Both the position numbers and the translations under genes were made by a program. 64,000 nucleotides of DNA from Takakia lepidozioides (Eukaryota > Plantae > Bryophyta). The stretch is from positions 74,772,001 to 74,836,000 of the forward strand of contig CM060733.1 of the NCBI GenBank assembly GCA_030704615.1, given 5' to 3'. The notes below the pieces were generated by a model that made no database searches, had not been told where the DNA came from, and saw only the letters and a list, made by a program, of their open reading frames with translations. Every line of letters starts with the position of its first letter. Position 1 is the first letter of the stretch. Positions 13,301 to 25,179 of the stretch are shown one piece after another.

Positions 13301-16300
13301 TAAAAGCTCCGGCGAACACTGCTATATTCTTTCAAGATGGAGCACTATTCTATGAAAATCTCCAGCACTGCCAAATAGAGCTCCGACCATGAAATGGTGT
13401 GGGGAAGTGAGTAACAAACACCGTACCTCAGCTGGCAACGCAGTGATCCACTTTTTGGGCAACCACCGTGTTAGGCTGGCATCCACCAGGGCCAATCGCG
13501 GCGAGAACACACGGAGTAAGTTCTCAATAGCCACTGCCCTTGAAGGCAGAACCACCATACTCTGCAGAATTCAAAAACAGTGACCAAATGACCGAGACAC
13601 AGGGAATGCAGTAGTGGTAAAATATAATGATCACATTCGTTCACTAGTTGCAAGTGCAAAAAGTTACAGAGCCAGAATCCATGTGTAAACTGTTCTCTAG
13701 AGCACCAAATGTAGGAACCACGAAAAGGGCTGGGATTGCAAAAAAATTGTAGTTGGACTCTCATTTTATCACTTGGATGGTCCTTGTTATGCTGGTTTCT
13801 GTATGTGAGGGGTTTAAGCAAACTTTCTTTATAAACCCTTAAGGGACAGCGCAATTTTAGTGGTAAAGACTGACTTACAGTGGGAGTTAGAGGAATCCGG
13901 TGATAGATCCGCATGAACCCTGCTATGAGGTTACGGAAGCGAGAACTTCCAGCAGGCAACTCGTATGGGAAGTAAGACAGATCCTCCAGTGTACGTGCAA
14001 GGTGAGCCAGGAAAGGAATCTTTTCCTCTGCAACTGACTCTTCCTTGAATGAGAGGTCCAATGCCCCACGTGTCTCCTGAAGTCCATCACTCAGGAACTT
14101 GAATATAGTCTTGACCTGTGAGACACAAGCTGTTAGAGGTGATAAAATAAACAAATGAATCACCGAAACAGTGCCAGGTGCTAAAAAAAAGATATAAGTC
14201 AGCATAAAATAACATGTAAACTGTTACAGGTTGATAAGACATAAAAGATGAAAGAGGGGGGTGGAGAGGAGAAACAAAGAAATAAATTTAGTACTCCAAA
14301 GACCAAAGGCCCTAGGGGTGCAGTAGAACTGCACAGTGGTGAGAGGGACAGGGGCTGGGAAATAGGCTTAGACGACAGAAGAGAAAAGAAGCAAGGGAGA
14401 TCTTCACCTGGTTTGGCATCGTGAGACTGCACTCATATACAGATAATCCATGGGAGATCTCACCCCCAGACTTAAGGTAAGCCCAAGCTGTCCGAGCACT
14501 GATGGGCTCCTCACTGACACGTCCCATATAGAACTCAAAGCGGTGCCGTGTGTTCTTCTCAATCTCAACCAATGCCAAAATGTCTGTGTCCGCTGCCTAA
14601 ACACACAGATTCTCCTTCATCACTGTCGCTTCAAAAGCAATTTATCCTAAAACTGAATCACGCACCTGACTCAATTGAAATTTTGGACTTTGGCCAAGAT
14701 TGGAGTGGCCAGTACTAGTATTGGGAGGGAATTGGTATACAAGCCCAAATGCCAGTAAGCAAAGCCCTCAGAAGTTGTTACCACAAGCGTTTGATATTTC
14801 ATTGACTATACCTCCAGTGGTCACTCCAGTTTTGCATCCATTGTAATGCCAGTAGACATTACACAAGGAAGCCTGCAAATGCTGTTAACCTTCACCAAAA
14901 GGCCAGGTCACAGAGTGTCTTGTTAGTTAGGAGGCAAGTACAGGTAAGCTAGTCCATGAGCCCTAAAGACACCAGCTACGGATTTATTTATGCAGTTAAA
15001 TCCCAGCCAAAATGTGAAGCCAAAAACACAAATTATTCCTTACTTGGTTGACTCTGGTTTGCCATAGTTTATTGATGTGAAAACCTCGTCTGGTGAAGAC
15101 GCGCTCACACACAGCTTGGCCAGGACGACCCCCCATGTTGAAAATCATCTTCCCCGAAGGCCTCACAATTGATATTCCTTCCTCTGCAGCCCTAGCTATC
15201 AAACCCAACCCGAACTGATCCTCCACAAATCCCTGCAATTGTTCATGTAAAGCAAGTAAATTCAAGTACATACATCTGTATTACCCATACCACTACACAT
15301 GTGAGAGAGGTGTGCAGTAGACCATGCATTCTGAACCTTAGTATCCCCTGTTTGCACCAATCCAGAGAGAACCCAGCAAAAAGATGAAAACGTGATGGAC
15401 TGTAGATACTATAATACTCAAGGTAAGAAACACAGTTAAGAAAGGAAGGAAGGGAGACCCACGCCATCATCCTCCAGCACTGCAGCTTAAGAGATAGGAC
15501 CAAGGGGGTGAGGCCTGCAACCAATCCTAGATCACGAGTACAGTTGTTGCAGTACCATTTAACAGAAAATGTACTGGGTCATGAATAGCAAAAAACTGGA
15601 TATGAAAGATGATGAAAGATGGAATGGCACTTATTTTATAATTTGGATGAGCAGGCGATTCACGTATATCCATGTAAGTGCAGAGTAAACTACAGACTAA
15701 AATTTGGAAAGTTACCAAATGAGATGTGGTGTTAACCTCAGGAGGGTCACTCACTGAGCAAGAGACACCCAACATCATCATGAATAGCAGTAACTGGCTT
15801 CTACAGCTCCCAATGGACTTCATCAGTTCCCAACATAATTTATGCATTATTAAATGCATGCTCGTTAAGTATGGACATATATTTCCTCACACTGTGTTCT
15901 CCCCTGAAGTCTGAAATGTAAAGTGGAAACTCAAAATAGAAGTCACAAAAGCGCTTAATCTCGTGTGAGAGTGTGTGTGTGCTGTGGAGAGAGTGAAAGG
16001 AAAAAACCATTCCAACCTACAGAAAGCCCAAAGAGCTCAAAGTGTATGAAGGCAGAACAAACAAAGTACTAGAAAACTAGGCCTAAATTGCAAGACAGTG
16101 CCTTATGGAGAAAGAAACAAAGGAGAGCTACAACTTTACGACATCCCCAGAAATAGAGCTAGAGTCAGAGAGAGAAACCTGAAGACCACAATAATTGCTG
16201 AGAGAATGCAAAAACTCTTCGCTGGCGTTTTCTGAGATAATTTTTGACATTGCCTCTGGATCAGGATTCAGGATCTACACAGGCACAGAAGGCACTTTCA

Positions 16301-18836
16301 GCAAACCCAGCTGAACCTGACATTATTGAACGTATTTACTGACTAGTCCCCTAACCCCACTGTGAAAAATGATCAATCCTCAGACCTTGATTCCTATGCC
16401 TTCAGAGTATTGACTTACATAGGTCTGGACCCTCATACATAATTAAAATAGAGAAATAGAAAGAACCTGGGGAATGCAACCAACCACACGATCCAGCATG
16501 ACATTCTGCTCCCTGCAGAAACCCAATAAATCAGACACATGAAATTCCACCCTATCCAACAGAGACTTGTCCTCATGATCAAGCACTGGTGAACCATCTT
16601 CATTTAGCGCATTCAAATAGAGATTGATCCACGCCACCTTGATTGCCCTTGGATTTATATCGAGTCCATATACCTGTAATCCTTCCCAGAGTACACAGAC
16701 AAGAACGTCATCGATCCTGGATAAGTTGCAGCGAAACTGTAGCAAGGTTTTCAACCTGCATACCAAGTACCACAGGTTCAGAGCTCATTGAGCATCTGAA
16801 AACTCCATGGAAATACCCCCTCAAAGAATATCAAACTGTCAAGGTAGAAACCAAAACTTGAGAACCTGTTTACAATCAGGTAGTGAACATGGGAAGTTTG
16901 ATCTACTGAGCTTGAATGTAAGATTAACACTTGTTTTCGTACATCAGGAGGGGAGAGACCTGCCCCACACCCACCTAAAGGGGCAGGGACAGGGAGCATG
17001 AGTGCCACTGATTAAATTAGTGTATTGCTGGGACATCCTGCTACATGCACAATGCTAGGACAATTGCACACATAGATGTCTCACTCTCTCTTTTGTACAT
17101 AAGCCGCTGCACAGAACCTCATTTGCTACAAAGAGGGGGAAGGGAGATGTGTGGGAGGTGAGGTAGTGGGACACTGCCAAATTGTCAGCTCTAGTGCTAC
17201 AGATGATTAGATAGCTTGCCTTGCGAGGAGACCACCGCTCGGCAAGGGCAATGGATACCCAACCATTCCCACAGCCCAGCTCTGCTACATCCCGATCCCG
17301 GAATCCACTGTCCGGATGCCGGTTAATGCCTTCGAAGAATGTAAAAGACCAGTCCTCTGGAATAAAAATGCTTGGCAGCTCCAGTAGTGTCAGCTTCTGT
17401 CTATTCTCCCTGAATCCTGAAAGCAAAGACCAGTGACAATAAGTGCTGAGATTCAGTAGAGAGGATATTCAACTTGACCCTCAACACCATGCAGTGTATC
17501 TATGAATATGAAGTCTCCATGCATGTGTGTGTGACAGAGAGGGTGACAGAGAGGGAGAAAGATACCCTCACAATAATCTTTCATTTCATACAATCAACAA
17601 CCCGCCCTGGTGTCAGCAGAAGCATGCTCACTTAGCTGAAGTCAACATAAACGAATTGTAAGAGACATCCTTGTTGTTAACTTGAGTAAGATTTGATTCA
17701 TCATGATCCCGAGGAAAGAAAGGTGGTGCTTTAGGGTACCATCATGCTCAAATAATCGGCATCGATGAACAACCACCTTTTGCAATTTGCTTCCACTTGA
17801 GGCCCGGTAGTTAGGCATTGCTGCGAAGGTTTTAGTTTATATATATATATCAAGCCTTTGATGCAATATCTGGGTGATACTTGTATTACAACATGGGTCA
17901 TTCAAGAAATTATTGACAGTTCACTAATCTGTATTGGCAGAGTAAGAAGATGGTGAAGTCTCAACAGGGGTTATAGAGGTGATCTTTCCAATATTCTGCT
18001 TAAAATAGAGATTGGCTTTCCCCAAACCCACTTGCTACAAACGAGATCAATATGAATCAAGTTGGTAGGTGCAAGGTTATCTATTGCTAAGAGCATGACA
18101 GACCCGAACTAGTATAAGCAGCATTTCTCACTGCAAGCACTGGATTGGAGCCATTCAAGACCATCTAGATCTGACTTGATAACCATCCTCTTTCATACAA
18201 TAAATTCGAAGAAGAGATTAGCCCCGTGTTACATTCTTCTCAGTATGAGAACCATAAGGCAAGTTACACAATCTGGAAAATTAATATCCAGAAAATGATC
18301 TGACAGTACTTACCCGATGTATACAGTGAAATAATCCTGGTCGAGTTGATGTCGTCATGACAAAGACCCTCGTAATCAGAACAGAGCCTGACGGATCTAA
18401 AGAAAGAGGCACATTACGCTCCTGACTAGTACAATCATTTTGAGAGACGACAATGAAGAAAATATGAAAGAACTGACCAGCACAAATGTCATATTAACTG
18501 CGATCATTATTGGCCTCACCATGCATCTGACTGAACTAATTTTGAATAGTCTAACATCGGTGCAAATTAGGTTAATGAAATAAAAAACCAGCCAGAAGCG
18601 GCACCTTCATAATCCGTGAGAGAGAGTTGATGAAGGCGGAAGTGGAATACGGCCATGCTATCCACATCGAGCAGCTCCGTCTCCATATACCTCTCCAACG
18701 CGGAGAGGAGAACACGCGCACCCACCCTGGTTTGCACATTTTGCAACCTCTCCAGGACGACTTTGATCGCAGTGTACGCGCTGTCCCCAGACTCCTTGCA
18801 TTGTTCTAAGAACTCCTTCACCTCCTTCTCGCTCAT
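10319..18836 (-). CDS. MMT: Methionine S-methyltransferase (SAM methyltransferase domain plus aminotransferase-like domain); exons 18836-18605, 17416-17220, 16673-16467, 16274-16179, 15232-15044, 14596-14408, 14115-13879, 13561-13427, 13243-12920, 12612-12433, 11946-10981, 10609-10319
   Basis: Motifs LPSIFIPEDWSFTFFEG, ELGCGNGW, VYGLDINPRA, GFVEDQFGLGLIARAAEEGI and SGPTVNPTG. The 12 exons sum to 3243 nt (1080 aa) with consistent phases. Intron 2 is GC-AG. Confidence 0.95.
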
Positions 18837-19113
18837 CTTTCCGCCCAACTAATCCTCCGCTTTGCAATGCTCTTCCGAGTCTCACTCACAGCAGAGATGA
18901 TTCACAAGCTTGGCAAGAAGCCTGCATTTGCACAGGGAAATGGAGCTATGCAAGTCGAGCTTTCCTGGAGCTTAACGTGTTAGTGAGTCGGTTCCTTTTA
19001 TTAGCGACATTTTAGTACGTCCTTAGTCGGAAGTAGGTGCGTTGCCATTACCAACTAACTAATGATCGTGACCACCCTGACGAATGAACGCTGTGGAATG
19101 TAACGTATAGGGG

Positions 19114-19197
19114 AAGGGCAGCTGATGAGGCCCTTCCCCGTTTACCACCCGAGTTCACGACGTTCGAAAACGCGGAAGGCCCTCATCAGCTGCCCTT
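19114..19197. repeat. Inverted repeat: 30-bp stem with 2 mismatches and a 24-nt loop, upstream of MMT
   Basis: AAGGGCAGCTGATGAGGCCCTTCCCCGTTT (19114-19143) pairs with AAACGCGGAAGGCCCTCATCAGCTGCCCTT (19168-19197). Confidence 0.9.
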
Positions 19198-21022
19198 AAC
19201 AGGCGAAAAAACGAAAAAACCCAACCTGCCCCCTTCATGGCCCCCCCAAAATCGTCACCTTACGAATTCCATATAGGGATCTTACGTACTAGAGAACGCG
19301 CCCCCTTAGGGCGCATTATGGCACCTAATTCGTCCCTAGGTCTGGGCCGGTTCCCTGGCGTAAGGGAATTTTGGGGGCAGATTATGCGAGGCCTGTGTTT
19401 GGCTGCAGGCCATAATGAGCCGCTAAAAGTCAAACAGCCCATTAGGAGAGCAAACTGCCGATTAGGAATGCAGAGTGCGCCGTGGAGCGACAATCTTCTG
19501 CCTGCTAATTTGCCTCAAAATCCTTTAGGCCTGGTGTAAGAGCGTCCTTCCAAGTGGGGAGGAGCCCTGCCCGCAAAAAGAGGAGTTTGCCGAGCGCTTG
19601 GAGAAAATAGCCGGGTTCTCGAGCGTGTTTCCACGTATATGTGAAGCTCGGCGAACACGGGTGCTGTTTTTGGACTTCAGCGTGAGGTGGTAGAGGACAT
19701 TGCAGGTCAGCGTGACTTTAGTGTGACGTGGCAGGGAAGTACATGCTGCAATCAATTCGCCGAACTCGTCCACCTAAGCACCCATCCCATTTTATCGGGC
19801 TGCGCTACAAACCTGGGAACTCGACGACCGAGCCTGCTGCCCCATACATGGAAGTGAGAAGTGTACCCGGCCATTTTTGTCCGTTTCCTCCTTTAAACGG
19901 TGGGCTGGGTACATGGAAGGCTGCTCTAATAAGGTGTCTCCTTCTGTCACGATGAAACTTCCCATCTAAGAAGGTAACAATTTTAACAAAGGGAATTTCT
20001 AGGTGGTTTTTACGTCGATGGACGGAGTATTGGTTCTACCACGGATGTAGTGGTAGGGCAATTCGTCTCACTGTCAGTTGGAAGGAGACACGTGTCAGAC
20101 CGAGTAGGGTCAAGCCAAATTATCTTTATTGGCCCTGCCTTCCCAAGGCAAGAATCGATTCACAAACCCATTAGTTCAAGACAGGTATACATGGAATATC
20201 TACACATCCATACTTACAGATGAATAATTGAAACATGATGTAGTTCATACAGTCAATAGTCTAGACAAATGACTGTCCATTAACACAAAGAGTACTAGTT
20301 GCAAAAAATTGGCAATCCCAAGTAGTGGATTCATAATTACAATAGGGTAGGGCTTGCACGTATTCCATGCATTTGTTGAAAATTAATTCAGCTAGGCTTG
20401 CTTGGATAGTTTTGTTTTTTCTTTTATTCTCTTTGTTTTTGGCCAAGAAAAGGAACTTAGCCCCATTAATCAAATTATGCGAGGAAAAAATAACCTTGGG
20501 GGCATGGGCAGACAACAACCATGATGGGGCATAAGCAAGAAAGGCCACCGCCTCACAAATTTTAAACAATCAAAAGGCAACAATAAGTACTCAATAACTG
20601 TTTGGGGAAATTTTGAAGGTAAAAAAAATGGAGACGGTGGGAGCAACCAATGGGGAGATGGGAATAGGTGCGGGAGAGCAAGGGGAGGAAGACTTATGTC
20701 CAGGCGTCAACTATGGGGTTGTGGACATGTGGCGCGGTCCAGCCTTCTGGAAGGCTCGACCGCAGCTTAACAGGCTGATATGGTCGAACATTAATCCTCG
20801 GATTGTGTGTCTTTGCCTTTCCCGTCTCAAAAATGGCAATGGTCATAATGTCTTATACGCCGCCCTAAGAAGATATATAAAGGAGGGGAGGGTTGTTGCT
20901 TGCGTAACCTCTCCTGCCTCCAACATATTATGTAGCACCTAAATAGCACCAAGGGCCTCCACTAAAATATGGAAACATCGAACAAGTATCATCACTACTA
21001 AATTATATATTAGTTCAATAAG

Positions 21023-21679
21023 GATTCTCATTGAAAGATAATAGCGCCTTCAATGCCCATGTGTGTGGCTGCGGCGGGGCCCGCGTGTAGGAGAGGGGGT
21101 ATGGCAGGGTGGGGCGCCCCTACCCGTGGGGTTCAGTCTGCTGGTCTGAGTCTGTCGGGACCCGGCGGGCGGGCTGAGTCCATGCAAGCCAGTCTAGTCT
21201 GCTGGGGCCAACAAAACACATGAAATATGTAGATAAAGCATTAGTTATTTTGAGGGTTTGCAAAAAGCAGCGAGTAGTGTGGTGGTTAAGAGCAACTCAT
21301 AATAAGCATGAGGTTTGGTGTTCAATTGTTAGACTATACTATGGCAATAATGCATGCTATTAAATAGATATTTTGTCTGGTTCTGCTGGAGCGTTTGCTA
21401 GTCTGCTCGTCAGTCCGCCCGAAGGTTAGAGCGAGTCCGCTCGAAGGTTGGAGTTAGTTTGTTGGAGGGCCTGCCAGTCCGCTCAAAGGTTGGAGTCAGT
21501 CTGCTAGAGGGTCTGCCCAGTCCGCTACAAGGTCCGCCGCCATAGAAGAACAGGACTTGGAAAAATTTCACAATCCGGCAGACCCAGTGAATGGGCGGTG
21601 GGTTTATGAGCTCACCCCAGGGCCATACTGGCGGGGCCCATAGGCGCATTGAAGACACTATTATCCTATAATGAGAGGC
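21023..21679. mobile_element. 657-bp non-autonomous Mutator-like MITE
   Basis: 9-bp TSD TTCAATAAG at 21014-21022 and 21680-21688. Imperfect TIRs of about 34 bp (GATTCTCATTGAAAGATAATAGCGCCTTCAATGC versus rc GCCTCTCATTATAGGATAATAGTGTCTTCAATGC). Internal short AGTCCGC/AGTCTGC repeats. Confidence 0.85.
21270..21335 (+). other. Degenerate tRNA-like (Pol III A/B box) segment inside the MITE
   Basis: A-box-like TAGTGTGGTGG, a 5-bp stem with 7-nt loop CTCAT-AATAAGC-ATGAG, and B-box-like GTTCAATT. No acceptor stem. Confidence 0.4.
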
Positions 21680-23759
21680 TTCAATAAGTACCTAGAAGTA
21701 TCTCACTCCATACTTTGCGGGTAGCAATAATTAATGGGGGAATGGTCAGAAATAGAGAGCGAGTGGGAGGAGCCAATAGGGAGCTTACAATGGAGGTGGG
21801 ACTAGGGGTTTTTTTGGGTAGTTAGCCCTTAAACGCCCACCACCCTAGTTTGACTTTTTCCAAAAAGTCGAGCCCTGCACAAAAAATCAGGCATAACTTT
21901 CAGAGAAAAAAAAATTAATCACAATATTGTGACTCCCGGGCAACGCAACAAAGGGGAAGGAGGGGGGGGTCCATCCCTCACCCTGCGTCCTGGGGCAGTC
22001 GCAAGGACGTCGCCCATGGCCAGAAATAGCCACGCGCCGACACATCGCACCCTGGGACATTAAAGCCCCCGCTCTGCGATGCCTGGACATCGCAGATGAG
22101 GTCTATTCTGCCTAGGGGACTAGCGACGCCCTGGAATCGCCATGACGTCGCTGCCATCTGGGGGCATCGCTAGACCCCCATGGGTAGGGAGGTTCGCTGG
22201 CAACGCCCGGGAATCGCAAGGACGTCGCAGCCCCCTCGGGCCGTCGCTAGCTCCATGGGAGGGCACATTTGTACGCGTCTTCAATGTCATTCAAATTATA
22301 CGAGCCAGTCTCTTGACCAGCCTCAAGAGACAATCACTTTTGAAGAACGGATTTTTCAAATTTGACTGAGTACCCCCAAATGAATCGTGGGGTCTCTGAA
22401 GTTGCATGGATTAGGCTACCAGTTGGGATAGTACCCTGGTGGATTAGTGGGAATTGCCTTTCACAATGTTCACATGTGTGAATAATTGTACATTGTTGTT
22501 GGCATTTCATTCTTGGTCAAGAAAGTATACACCTGCTGTAGTAGCGAAGATATTGGAGACGTGTAACAACCAAATGAGGATTTTGGTTTTTTTGTCACCC
22601 TTCAAACTTTTGAGGGCAATCAATTTACATCACAAATTGAATGGCCAGGTGCCCTGAAAATTGAGCAGTCTATTACCCGCCCCATGGCTGCTTCACAAGG
22701 TCTTATACTAAACTAAAATGGACAGGGAAAGCCAGGCCTTGGACGCTCCAGTGTCATCGCCAACCCCAGTATGTATACGGTTCTGTCATTACTTCCCCTT
22801 GCCACATACAAAGCATGCAAAGTACTCACCCAAGCAGGTGCCGATTCCTGGCAGCGGGCAGAGTAAAGTGCTTGGGGTCGACACCTCCTAGCAAACTGTA
22901 GCTTGCTAGTGACCTCACCTGCGTCAAGCCACGACTAACCACACTTCAGCATGGCAACATGTAAACAAATGGGAAGAGTTTGAGGAGTGAGGGAAAGGGC
23001 AGAATGAACAGACCTATGAACACTGGTGTTTAGCTCATACACAGAACCACCAAGGCGAGGCAAAAACGAGGCATTAGGAGCCCAAGAGGGAACAAACATT
23101 TTTCTAATTATTTGTGTTTGTTATGAGTTTGCCTCCATGTCTTGGTTCGAATGATGTCTATAGAACTTAAACGCTCAAAACTCTCGGACTGCAGCACGTA
23201 GAGAGTGACTCCCACATTGGCTATGGCGCACACCACCACAGTGACTCGTTTGCAGGTGCGAGATAGATCTGCAGCTGCACAAAAGCAATAAAACGCATAC
23301 ACTTGTGTAAGCTAATTCCCCTCTCTTCCTCTATATAATACCGAGAGGCACATGTACACACAACATTACTCAATATCAGCCATGTTGATGGTTTGGCAAT
23401 TCCCAAATGCACCACGCTGCTTGAGAATAAACTAGGAAATGTGGAGCAATGCAAGTTCAGTCACGGGCCCAACTTGGCCACCGGTTCTATCCCTGTTTGC
23501 AGAAACATTGTAATGAAAGGACAACTGGCAATTTCTGCTGCCAAATCACTCAGCAAAGATTCAATAAATAGTCACATAGCAGGATGCCCATCCTTAAAGC
23601 AGCCATCCCCTTATCTGCCTTCCTCACATGAGAACATCCACCAATCATTAGACCTCCCATACTGAGACCGCGTCGGATAATTACAGGGGGGGTGTGACGA
23701 CCAGATTACAGCAACTCGATAATAAAAGAGAAAAAAACGAGAGGCCGTGCTCCGAGAGA

Positions 23760-23889
23760 GAGAGAGAGAGTCTTGTTACCTACTGGAACAGCTTCACATG
23801 CAAGCCCTCTTGTGTGCGTTGCTTTCGTCTATAATCTGGAGATCTTGGAGTAATCTGTGAAAGAAACCAAGGAGCAGCTGAGCAGCCAG
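23760..23889. repeat. About 130-bp exon-like fragment duplicated at about 52010-52146 (direct orientation)
   Basis: TCTTGTTACCTACTGGAACAGCTTCA...GCTGAGCAGCCAG occurs at both sites with few differences. The minus strand reads LAAQLL.GFFHR.LQ.LQIID.SNAHKRAC and ends at an AG|GTAAC donor. Confidence 0.85.
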
Positions 23890-25179
23890 AGTCTCAACCC
23901 TCGACCCAAGTACCTTGCAAACTCTACGGAAAAGACCTTGCGCTGCATCTTACTTTCATGCCCTGCTGATGAGGAACAGCCTCGGTACAGACAGTACAGT
24001 AACCTCAGCTTTTGCAAAGCCAAGCAAGATTCTACCTTCACTGAACAACTAGGGTAAAATATATTCACCTTGTCCTTCTGGAGCCAACCGTTCGTGGCGA
24101 TCAAGGATAGACGCAATGCAAAACACAGTAGGAGTTAAACACCGAGCAAAGTCAACAATAGTGGCGAGGGCCTGGATGGCGCCTCGCACGGAGAAGCTCG
24201 AAAGTGCGGGTGAACAGCGCCTCCCGAGTGCCCCCTGCAAGATGCGCGGAGTCCGGCGCACAAACCAGCGAGGGAGAGGCCACGGTTTGCATTGAGCACC
24301 ACAACTGTTGAGAGCTTCCAGCTTGCAAGGTGAACGATTGCGGGAAGGCCCAAAGCTTGCAATGATGGCGGGAAAGCCCGAAGCTTACGTGACAATCGCA
24401 GATCGTACTTACACTTGAAAGGTCCAGGGAAACGTAGTGTGGAGACACTCTTGTCCCTCGCGATGCGCCTATGTGCCACCGTCGGTGCCAGGATGTACTA
24501 TTTTTATCGGGCCTGTAGAAGGTCTCCTTAGTACAACAACCAAGAACGGGCAGAATTCAAGAAAACAAAACTTGCAGCCTTCCTAAGGGCCCATTAAACT
24601 TCTAATGCAACAGGACCCAACACGACCGCCAGCCCCCCATGCCCAAAAGTGATTGAACCAACCAACCAAAGAATCAAAGCCGAGTCCCCCAAGTTCCCCA
24701 TTCAACAAGAGAAAGACCAAAGACCTCTGCCACTGCCCCCAGCCCCCCATGTGCAAAAGCGAGAATATGAACCAACCGCCAAAAGCCAGCCCCCAAGTCC
24801 TCGATTCAACAAGACAAAGAGCCAGAGACCTGCCCACATGCAGCCAAACGAGGATACCAACCAACCGCCCAAACGCAAAACCCAACCCCAAAGTTGCCCA
24901 TTCGACAAGACAGTAAGCCCACCCCGATGCCCCAACATCACGCCCACCCCTGCCCACAGTACCCAAAAACATATTGCAGACCTGCAGCACCATTCCCAAG
25001 CTACCGCATCAACCCATACACAGAATAGTCACTCTTACACACCAATAGCACCTCCCTGCCAACAACATATACAAAACTGTCAACATCATGCAGCACATCA
25101 TATGAGCTCGCATCCTCCTGAACTGGCATGCAAAGAAGGCCGCACTTCCTAGTGCTACACAGAATACCATGAGAATCTA

